Shown: positions 22,671 through 34,000 of the stretch, piece by piece | Layout: each line of letters starts with the position of its first letter | How positions within the stretch are numbered: position 1 is the first letter of the stretch | Source: Macrostomum hystrix | Lineage: Eukaryota > Animalia > Platyhelminthes | Direction: 5' to 3' | DNA: 64,000 nucleotides | Assembly: GCA_950097015.1 (NCBI GenBank) | Contig: CATNEN010000030.1 | Span: 1,488,001 to 1,552,000, forward strand | The notes under the pieces: generated by a model | Databases searched by the model: none | What the model saw: only the letters and a program-made list of their open reading frames with translations | Told to the model about the DNA's origin: nothing | Program-made: the position numbers and the translations under genes

Positions 22671-23986
22671 TGAGAATATTGGTGCAGGTTGTGACAAGGA
22701 ATTTCATGGCGCCATACTTTCAGCTTTGAAATAACTAAGACAAGAAGGGCTAGACAAAGAACTTTGTTTTTTTCACAAATTTTCATTATGGCTTTTCACC
22801 GAATTGTTAATAAATTTCTTGTGAAATGCTTCGCCGCAAAGTTGTTCCTCCAATATGCACAAATGATTGGTTTTGGGCATGGCTAGCCTTCAATTTATTT
22901 AAAAAAAGTATTCATCTTTTTGCCAGTCAGTTCTATTGGAAAATCAGTTGTGTTAAATATAACTTGCTAATATAAAAAATTTATAAACGGACATTTCGAA
23001 AACTAAACAATAAAGAGAAGAGAGAAAATTTCGCAAGTTTGAAACACCAAAAAACTTAAAGCGGCCGGATGACGAGGATTAGCAGGAGCTACCACACAAT
23101 CGCTTCGCCGAACCGCTTTGACATTGAAACACAATCTTCTTAGTAAAATTAGTGCCATGAGCATTCAATTTTCATCAATGCTACTTAAACGTTAAAAGTA
23201 AGTAGTATGATAGATGAAATTTTGCCTAAATTTGCCTGTTTCTATAAAAAACGAGAAAATTTGATGAACAAAAACAGAAGAGACAGGAAACGATGATCAA
23301 GAGAACACCGACTCAAAGTGGGAGGAGGGGCCATAATGACTCAATGACTTTAACTGACGGAGGATGAAAAATTACACAGGTCGACAGAACTGTAGAGCTG
23401 GCGAACTGACCGCACGCATGTCGCAAAAGTAACAAAAAACACAGGACAGTTTGTATGCAAGTGAACTAGAATATACTTCTATGTATGTAATGTTCTATTA
23501 TATGTATGTATGTAAAATATTAATAAATATAGGCGTGTTGATAGGCTAATATGCTAAGGATATCGTTAAATTGTGGGCCAAATTAACTCGAACTTAATTT
23601 AAGAATCACGGTTTTGACTGTGACTATCGTGGCCCTCTTAATTCCCATTTTGTTAGTATTTAGTTCTACTTGGTTCAGACCTAAATCTACCTGTTATTGC
23701 ATTCGTACAATTGGGACACAGTTTATAAATACGAGAATAATTATAAAAATACAAACAAACAAAACTAAAAACACACAACAGCAAACAATACGAAGCGCAT
23801 GAAAAAATGACATAGTAAAACTTCTCTTACATATGTTTCGAATAGGATAAAATCGAATTTTAACAAACAAAAACAGAATAAAGTAGATAAGAGCATATAA
23901 TATAAAGCTAAATCACGTGCCCAAGTACAGGGCCAACTTTCTGACCGTGGGTCAAATCAGTCAGTCATGTTCAGGTAAGAAAATGA

Positions 23987-24018
23987 AAGTGTTGTTGTTG
24001 TTGTTGTTGTTGTTGTTG
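23987..24018. repeat. (TTG)n microsatellite
   Basis: About 10 perfect triplets. Confidence 0.9.
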
Positions 24019-24419
24019 TAGTCGTCTTATTTCATATATGGCGCCTCACCAATTGTTAAACAAAAACTTGCGACTCTATAATTCAGCAAAGAATAAAAAA
24101 TCGTATTTTTAATAATAAAAAATCGACTATGAGAGACAAACGGGGATTAATAAACGCTATGTGACACTGAGGGGATAAATGAACCAGTTGAAAGCAGCTC
24201 CTCAACACATAGTTATTGCCCAGCTCGAGATATGAACCCGCGTCAGCCGGTTGATTTTTTGGTCGGGTTGTGGGGATTGGGGAAATTAAATGTCCAACTG
24301 TTATATGCAGAATTTAAAACTATTAGTGCATTTAAAAACATCACATGCCAATCAGTGACTCGGTGTTTCAAATTGGCGCAGCAAAAGTATGGCTAGAACG
24401 ACCGCAGCATTGAGTCAGC

Positions 24420-24900
24420 GTTAATTGGCTGTTGCATCACCAACCTCACTCCACCATCCCATCCCATCTAATTGGCTGGGTGATTGGCTGTTGCATCACC
24501 AACCTCACACCACCATCCTACCCCATCTAATTGGCTGGGTGATTGGCTGTTGCATCACCAACCTCACACCACCATCCTACCCCATCTAATTGGCTGGGTG
24601 ATTGGCTGTTGCATCACCAACCTCACACCACCATCCTACCCCTCTAATTGGCTGGTTGATTGGCTGTTGCATCACCAACCTCACTCCACCATCCCACCCC
24701 ATCTAATTGGCTGGGTGATTGGCTGTTGCATCACCAACCTCACTCCACCATCCTACCCCTCTAATTGGCTGGGTGATTGGCTGCTGCATCACCAAGTCTT
24801 CACTCCACAACTCTACCCGCTTTGATTGGCTTGGGTGATTGGCTGTTGCATCACCAATCTCACTCCAAAACTCTACCCCTTCTGATTGGCTGGATGGATT
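24420..24900. repeat. 59-bp minisatellite (~8 copies) carrying two CCAAT boxes per unit
   Basis: Unit GATTGGCTGTTGCATCACCAACCTCACACCACCATCCTACCCCATCTAATTGGCTGGGT. Confidence 0.95.
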
Positions 24901-25088
24901 GGGTTCTACGCTTGTAATTTCTGATTGGCGTTAAACGGCCTCTAATTCACTAACTGTCAGGTCACACTGAACTGACACTCTTTTGCCACCTTTGTGCCAA
25001 CGCCGACCTTTGAAAACCACACCGAACAAGGATTTCAAGAGTCGAAATAGGTGAGCCTCAGAAACTCGTAATACCCAGATGCGAGGCG

Positions 25089-28000
25089 TCAGTAGCGCGG
25101 CACTGCAGTCACGTGGCCAGCGACTGAAAATTGTCATATGGAGCGATGCTTAGGCAGGATTTTTAGGGATTTTATTGTTGCGCTAGTAAGCGGCAAATTG
25201 CATTAGATTAAGAGAGTGCGTGCTGATTCTCATTTATTTAGCTAGAAAATCCTTAAAACGGCTGAAATTATAAATCTGAAAGAAAGACAGACAAGGAGAT
25301 AGGTCACCAGGGGATCAGCCAGGCCATGGGAACACACCGGCCGGAAGGGATTTAGACCGTAGGGGAAAAATTTGCGCTTCATCTGTGTGTGTGTGTGTGT
25401 TTGTGGGAGAATTTTCCCAGCCCCAACCGTGCAACGACTGCCAAGGAATAAAAGGTAAAAATAGTCATTCGCATTCACAAGCGGCTTGGCTTACAGCAGG
25501 GCGGAATTTCGGGTCAAAATTCCAAGGAGCGATGCGCCAGGGGGGGGTTAGTTTGAAGAGGAATAAACGAGGAGAAAGAGAAATAGGAGATGCGAAATTA
25601 ATGGCAATAAAAATATGGCTCCAAACACCTAAGAGTGGGAGATACCTGACAGCCCATCTCCAGGCGGGGTGGGTTGGTTGCGGAAGCGCCTAGCGGAGTT
25701 GCTATTTAAAAATCTAGGAATATGGGCTACGTAATAGAAATAGTTCGGCAGCGCCCGCCGCGGAGGGATAACGCGGAATTGTAAGATCCCAGTTTTGGAT
25801 AAGGACTAACCGGAGCCGTCCCGAGTCAAGAGGAGTTATGCAACCACTGCAGCACTCCACTAGCTATACCGGCAGCAAACTAATTACATTTCTGGAAGTC
25901 GAAGGCTTCAACCCCCCTCCACTCCATTCCCTTCTACGCGAGCTTGAATTGAAGCGATGCGCAGATACTTACAGTTAATAGTTGGCACTTTTTTAATATT
26001 CAAAACGTCAGAATTCTACAGGATTCTACAGGATTCTGGGAGCCACAATGAGCTCAGGCGTAGTGCGGGCACCTTCTCGGGTGCCTGGTCTAGGGAGCAC
26101 TATAAATTATCCTCATTATGCGTTGGGCCATCGATTCGGGTGGTTAGGGTAAGGAATGAGGGATCAGGCAATACACACCGAGGAGGAAAGGAAATTGGAC
26201 CGATATTCCACATCCGTCTGGCTTCTGCTCTGCCTTAAGGGGCAATGAGCCAGTGAGACGGGTTTTAGCCTTGCGGACTGGCCTATTTTATGCCCCCAGC
26301 AGTAAATTATCAACTGGCTGATTCACTCTGCTCTCCTCCCATGTTCTCCCCTCTCTCCCCTTCAATGTTCTTCCATCTCTCCCCTACCATGTTCTCCTAT
26401 CTCTCCCCTACCATGTTCTCCCCTCTCTCTCCCCTCCCATGTTCTCCCCTCTCTCCCCTACTATGTTCTCCCCTCTCTCCCCTACTATGTTCTCCCCTCT
26501 CTCACATACCATGTTCTCCCCTCTCTCCCCTCCCATGTTCTCCCCTCTCTCCCCTACTATGTTCTCCCCTCTCTCACATACCATGTTCTCCCCTCTCTCC
26601 CCTAGCATGTTCTCCCTTCTCTCCCCTACCATGTTCTCCCCTCTCTCCCCTAACTATGTTCTCCACTCTCTTCCCTCCCATGTTCTCCCATCTCTCCCCT
26701 ACCGTCTATAATTTATCACCTACCATTTTCTCCTGTCTCTACTCTCCTCTGTCTCCCATTCTAGTCTGCTCTTTCGTCGTGTCTCCTCTCAGTGTTTTGA
26801 ATGAATATTTTGCTCTCGTTGTGTCATGTAACCCCGTTTCGCTCTGTATCCTGTTCCTGCAATGTGTTTGCTGTTCGGATCGCAAAATTGGCCAAACTTA
26901 GCAGCAGAAGCAGCAGACTAACGAGTGTGACATTGCTTAGCTTTCTGAGCTATTTTACCTGGGCAATAAACTGCTGGTGTGAGAGGCACCTGACAGATCT
27001 TGGCCTCTTACAATGGCCCCGAAAAGACACCAAAAGACTTCTAGAAGAAGTTGGCGAAAATGGGAAGCAGAATTTTCAGCTGTCTGGCAAAGATTTTAAC
27101 AGTATAACTACCAAGGGGGGGAATTTTTCCCCCCTGACAATCTTTTTTGCTGCACCCGAACGGAACAATGCAAGCACACGAAACTAAAGAACACGGGCCA
27201 ACTTTTTGTTGCGCATCTTCTGAAACAAGAAACAAGTCGCCAGCTCTTCAGACCGTCGAGATATTCAATGTTTCTGGCCGAAGGTCCGATTTTTCCCATA
27301 AGAGCTAGTGTATTTCATACTTTACATGCTCCTCTAGTCCGTAGTTGAGTTGAGTTGAGTTGAGTCCGTAATTGGCGGCAAAATGGCTTGGTAGTCCTAC
27401 AGTTAATTGTTTATTGCCTTTACAGAAAAGTATTAGCTTTGGTAGGGAACAGACAATGTATAGTTGCGTATGTGGTTTGAGAGATAGACAATGATTAAGT
27501 TTAGACCAAAGCTTGTCAGATCCTGTGTGTATTATTTAGACGATAACAGACAGATACCATTTGGATTCTTTTTTGTGTCAAGCGAAAACTGAAAATGATA
27601 AATTGGAATCATCTACCGGTAGACTCCTTGGATGGAGTATCGTCCAAGGAGTTGCAGTTTCTCTCGAATGTTAGCTTTCTAGATCACAGCCAAGACCAAG
27701 ACCTGAAAGACTTCATTGACTTCATAACTGACCATAGCAGGAACGACGACAATGTGCTAGATGTGCAGTTGCCGGATGAAGACGTCGTAGCCACCTGCGG
27801 TGCTAATAGCGTAGCCAGTGATGGACTATCGTCTGAAATGGATGACGCCGAGATGCGATCGCTGCCAAAAACTACCAGGGATCAAATGGTTCAGCACGGC
27901 AGCAAGTTTGTGAATTACATGGATTCACTTGGTGTACACAAACAAGCATTGGCTACAATCGGAGCTGAACAATTAAACGAGTATTTGCGACTCTATTACT

Positions 28001-31000
28001 TTCGTCTGAAGAAACCTGACGGCGAGCTATATTCAGCCGCGAGTTTGGTGTGCATTAGAGCTGGCATACAACGTTACTTTCGTCATATCATCAAGCGAGA
28101 AATAAACCTGGTTGGCGGTTCCGAGTTTTCAACAGCAAATCGAATGCTACGGGTCAAGGTTCGAGAGTTTCAATCTGCAGGAGGCGCCGTCAAGCACTAT
28201 GAACCTATTGAGATAGGTGATTTAGCCAAGCTCCAAGAATACTTTAATCGAACCACTGGAGAGAGGCTGCAAGACGAAACCTTATTCATGCTACTCTACG
28301 TCTTAGGCGAGCGCGGCCAAGAACACCTAAAAAGTCTACGAAGGAGAGATCTTCTCGTGGACAAAATAGATTCCGATGGGCATCCCTATCTGGAGCTACC
28401 GACTCTGCCAACAAAAAACCAGAGCGCCGATCCAAATAAAGCTAAATCATTCGTCGAAAAGCAAGCGAGAATCTACGGTAAGCAGAGAGAGCTGATTCTG
28501 TTGTACTCTGCGTCACTGCCCGCCGAAACAAAGGATGACACCTTTTTTCCGAGACCAATGCCAAACAAGGATGGTGTAGTTCGCTTCTCAACAAAGCAAG
28601 TGCGTGGCATCAATTGGCTTGGCTCAATTATGCAAAGACTGAGCAAAGTGTATCTTCTGTCGAGGACCTATACTAATCATTGCATTCGAGTGACCCGAAT
28701 TGCTGATCTGAAGGACTCTGGTTTTGTTCTTAGTGACATAATGTGCATTACTGGGCAGCAAAACGAAGCAACTGTGCGACGATACCTATCACGAAAACAT
28801 GACAACATCGTACGGGAGGCGTCATCGTCCATCTGCCAGGCTCTCGTGAAGTCTGCAAGCAGTGCTGGTCCGTCGTCAACTTCAGCATCGGAAATTGAGC
28901 CTACCTACGGCGAATCACTTGAACCTGCGGTTGCTACGCCCGCAGCAATCCAATCGATATCCAATCGATCAATCGGTGTCACGAGTTGCGTGGGATCGAT
29001 ATTCACAGAGTGCAAGTTCGAGAACTGCTCCTTTACTTTTTCCAAGTGAGGGTTCACCGGCATCGAAAATTCAAACTAACTGTTTTGAAAGAAAAACTCT
29101 AAACTGTTGTTGCGTTGATTATTTTACCGTCGTTTTGTTAAATACATTTACGCCCACAACTGTCTTTGATCGAGTCATCAGCGTTAAGCAACCCCAGTTA
29201 TTGCCTTATGTGAAGCAATGCAAATATCTATGGGACAATGAATTATTAGCTGCACGCGGCACGCACATAAGGTTAATAGATTAGCCTCTTAGATTCTGTG
29301 AGATTAAGCGCGGCAGATAAAAGCAAAGTCTGGTTGGGGAGTCTGGGGCGAGCTCAATTCACGCCTCAACCTCATCCTCTCTGCTCACCCGTCAACCAAG
29401 TCGCCCAGAATTGATGGATGACCGCAGACCTTGCATATTGCTTCCCCTCTATCACTTCCCGTCTATGGGAAGCGCAGGCCATATGGCTGGCACCCTCCTA
29501 AGAGTCGTCAACGACTCTGCGATTCCAGTCTTGGGTAGGAGGCAAATTTCGAACAATAATCTGGATCCGGAGGCTGGCTGCTCACCCTGCTCCAACCCCA
29601 ACGCCCCTGACCCCGAGCCTAATCTGGCCAATTTGCTGCGCTAGGCCCAGGGGGACTTGGGGAAAGCTGGAAAGCTAAAGAAATATATATTTATATCTGT
29701 ATATATTCACCAGAGCAGGATTCTGGCTAGTCTCTGCTACCCAGCGGTTTGCCAGAATCATTAGCATTTTTTGAATTAAAGAAGAACCAGACTACGACGA
29801 CGAGGACGAGGCGTGGAAATGAAAAAAAACGGCCGACTGGCCTGGGATCCGCTGTTGATAAGTAAATCGATTAGACACTAAATAACAGAGGCGTCATTTC
29901 CTCCTCCCGTCTCGTACTAGCGGTGGCCCAGTTCCCATACCCCCCAGGGAAGTCTCAAAAGTTGGAAGTTAAAATTGCGAATTCGCCAGCTTGAGAAATG
30001 CGTCCAAATTTAAAACGTTTCATTTCTGTTCGTGTCTTCCGTAGTCAAGTCTATGATATTTAATAAAAATTTTTATTTTCATTATAACTTATTAGATCTG
30101 CCTCAATTGGGTCAGATGTGCAGCCGACAGCACAGCCGCATCTTTTGCGCGGCGCATCTGAAGGCTGCGTACGGATATTCAGTCCATGGACTGGGGGACG
30201 CCACACCCACCCTCAATTACCCCAGCTGATGCTGGCACCCATTAAACAGCTGGGTGAACTGAAGCAATGCAGAGCAAAGTGTCTTGCTAAAGGACCTTTA
30301 AGACGTGACCCCACGATTTATGTTTTATATTCAGATATAAGAACAAAGACCGATCTATAAGACACAGTGGCCGATCTATAAGAAACAATGACTAATCTAT
30401 AAGAAACAATGACAAATCTATAAGAAACAATGACAAATCTATAAGAAACAAAGACTAATCTATAAGAAACAATGACTAATCTATAAGAAACAATGACTAA
30501 TCTATAAGACACAATGACCGATCTATAAGAAACAATGACTAATCTATAAGAAACAATGATTAATCTATAAGAAACAATGACTAATCTATAAGAAACAATG
30601 ACTAATCTATAAGAAACAATGACTAATCTATAAGAAACAATGACTAATCTATAAGACACAATGACCGATCTATAAGAAACAATGACTAATCTATAGAAAC
30701 AATGACCGATCTATGAGAAACAAAGAGTGAAATCCTCACTTACACGAGGTTGGGATGTAGTTCTGGGCGCCGGCCAGCTGTTGAAACGGCGCCAACTGCT
30801 GATAAGAGGCCGCCGCTGGCTGATAGACCGGGATGCCGTTCTTGTTGTCGGCCACTGCGGGTCTCTTGCCGCCGTGCAGGCTGGCATAGGCGCTGGGTAT
30901 GCACTGAGGGACGGTAGGAGGATGACGGAGAGTGCACTTGACATCAGCGTGTTAATTGCTCAACATTTCAAAATTTTAATGCTTTCATATAAAAGTACAC

Positions 31001-34000
31001 TAGTACACTAGTACAGTTCCACTCTAATTGCTGAGATCGTATTCTTGTTATGCGATGGCTGGAAAAAAACAAAACCTGACGTGATCCAGAAGTGGAAAAT
31101 GGGGATATTTAAATCTAGGGATAAAAGCTTTGAAAATCTGTGTCGCGGGCGAAAGATCAAAGCAGAAGAGGCTTATTAAGTAAGAATAACCTACACAATG
31201 GTCTAGCATTGTTGCGCCATTCCTAAATTGGTTTTTTAGTGCTAGTGGTGGTTGCTAGTGCTGCAGGTAAATTGGCAATACAAACTAAACAGAGTGAGGT
31301 AGCTAGATTTTCAACTCATCTATTGAATATAAAGAGCTAGTACAAGCACTCAAAATGAGAGAGAGATTGACAAACGCCAGGCTTTTATGAAAAAATCATA
31401 GTTACGGACTGAGCGAGAGAGAGAGAAATGCTTGATTAGACTAATGCACCTACTGCATTGTCTTTCAAATCTACCGTCTAGCTTCAGAAATCTCTGCAAC
31501 TGACTGTCTGCCACAATTCTGCGACTAACAACAACAATGGAGAGATGAGAGCCGGGTGAGGTTAGGAGACTGGGGGGAATACAAAACAGGATTCTGCAGC
31601 TTTTGTTGCGGATGCTACGGGCCCAGCTTGATGGGGCAGAGGAGGTGGAACCGGCCTAGCTCTTTGCTATTCCATCTAAAAAATCTCGAAGCCGTTTCTG
31701 GTAGAAAAAATACTCAAAAAAGCAACTGAGCTGACTGGCTCTCGCGAATCTCTCGTCAGCGCCAGAAATAAACGCTTAACGCTGTAGCAGTGGCAAAAAT
31801 GGGCATAGAGATTAACTATGCCAACTTTTAAGGCCTGGCAAAGATTTATTCCGGTGACTCCAACAAGCCCCAGTTGCTTTTTTATTGATGACAAATGAGT
31901 TTTTATGACTAGTACTGTAAAAAGTATTGAAAGAATTGTGTATAAAAAACTTTTAAAAGCATTTTGAAATGGAAATTTTAGTTATTCAAACTGATGCTGC
32001 TGGTGCTGCTGCACTTTCCTAACTAGAAGCCGGCTTCTGTTTTGGATTGGAAGGCTAAATAGAGGCTGGAGTAGGTGGCGAGAATCAAGGCCTATTTTTT
32101 TTTCATCGGCGGTCTCTAAGCTTGGCGATGCGGCGCCCGGTACCAAGCCGCCAAACTGCAACCCGCCCCCCAATCCGCCAATGATAAATTACTTTGAAAA
32201 TCAATTTTCCCTGGGATATTGAAAGGCCAGGAAAAGACGACGAGGCAAAGAAAGGAGAGAAGGGAGAATTAAGGCCAGTGAGAGAAGTCTACAGGATAAA
32301 CGGACGGGCGATGGGGAGTTCTTATTTCTCTAGACGATAGGGAGACGGCTAGGCCAGTATCTATGGGTGGGGAGGCCGTTAGAAATTGGGAGACGAAGAG
32401 AAATCTCAGTCGCACAATTGGCAATGGGAGCCTTTGGGAGAGGCCAATTTAATCAAGAAGCCCGGCGAGAAGGAAAAAGCCCAACCGCTCGGAGACGCAT
32501 CGGGCGCAATTTTTAGTGCCCCGTGTCCGCCTCCCCAAACCAACCCGAATTTTATATTTCACTGGAAGGACTCTCCGATCCATAGAAACAGGCGAGTTAT
32601 TTTCTGGCTGATGCGAACGGCATAAAATTTTGATATTAAGGACCTGTCTGACTGTCTGGTCTGGTCCGGCTGCCGAGACGCTATAGAAAAATTCTGTCAC
32701 TTTCTCAATTTCTTATTTTCTTTCTGCATGCCCTCCTGCCAGCATTTCTGCATCCCCACGGAAGAAAATAAGAGTTAGCTAGACGGGCCATTAGCCAATC
32801 AGAGCGGCAGAGGCCAACGCACTGGGGACCGGGAACTGGGCCCACGGGAGTCCCGAACCACGAGCCAAGGTCCAGATGGCTGTCCCATGCATATTTATAA
32901 TAATTTAATTAATTTATCTAGTCCCATTGGCGCGCATTTCGGAGTGCCGATGTCTCTTTTTCTTCCCTACGGTGGAGGGCCTCAGCTGCGGATGCAATGG
33001 CAAGAATAGTGCTGACTCGCCTGCTTTCATTTAGCCATTTTTGCCTTCCTCTTTTTTCCCCTCCTCATGCTCAGACTGCAACAGGTGAAGGCTGAAGTGG
33101 GAGCAGACAACGGAGGGGAAGTGGAAGGAGAGGGTAGGGGGAGGTCGGCCGCCGTTAATAGCAAAGTCTGGTCAGTTACCGCCGCATTAATGAGTGCACG
33201 CATTTATGAATAATTAATTGTGTGCTTTACGACAGGGCCGGGAAGGGCGGACGTCGGCTCGAGTCGAGCTGACTCGAAGCTGGATGAGCACATAGGGAGA
33301 AACAGATAGGGGATAACTATTCCCCCAGCCGGCGGGGGAAATGGAAGCGATTCTTGAAAGCTGGATTGGGAGAGGCTTCAGAAAAAGCGCACACTTACGT
33401 GGTGAGCCAGAAAATGGGAGAAAAATAGGGCCGATATTGCTCCCGAGAGGCAGGACTAGGAGGGCTCAGCCGGCACTTATTCAGTGAGGCAATACGAAAT
33501 TTGATGGCTCCGCTGTCTTATTATACTGGATTTCGGATACCCAGTCTGTCTCGCAGCTTGGTAAAAAAGTAACCAGCAACTGGTCAGCCCTACTGCTGTC
33601 TGCCCAAGGTTTATGGCACATTTTTTATACGAACGCGCACAGCGCATGGGCCATGTTTTTTCTGCTGGCAAAGGTGTTCGCCTGTTCGTGAAACCCGGGT
33701 CGGCAAAGTCGGAAAGTCCATTTGTCTTTATGTCTTGCATTTTATGCTGCTCCCGTTAGCTTCTGTATTTCTCCGACCAGTCTGTCTCTGCAAGCTGGTT
33801 GTCTACCAATGAATGCTTCTAGGAGAACAGTCAGCGACGAACAGTGACGCAGAACAGCTCGAGCCGAATCAGTGTGATATTTAAATTCACAAAATATGTT
33901 AGACGCATGCTGATGAAGAAATTGATGGAGAAGCCATGCTAATATGGGAACAATGTCTGCCGATCATTATCAAGCCGTCAACATGGCAGTTTAATTCTGT

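Noticed and set aside
21143-22786. 500-547 aa repeat ORFs
   Set aside because: Products of the 20/21-bp array; periodic and open in several frames.
24130-24260. Possible further SINE head (GGGTTCATATC on the minus strand)
   Set aside because: Poor B-box match and no shared core with the other SINE copies.
27595-29049. Bacterial or phage integrase from contamination or recent horizontal transfer
   Set aside because: The motifs match the eukaryotic Crypton/DUF3504 type, there are no neighbouring prokaryotic genes, and it sits in a host intron. The resemblance of the ends to dif is architectural only.
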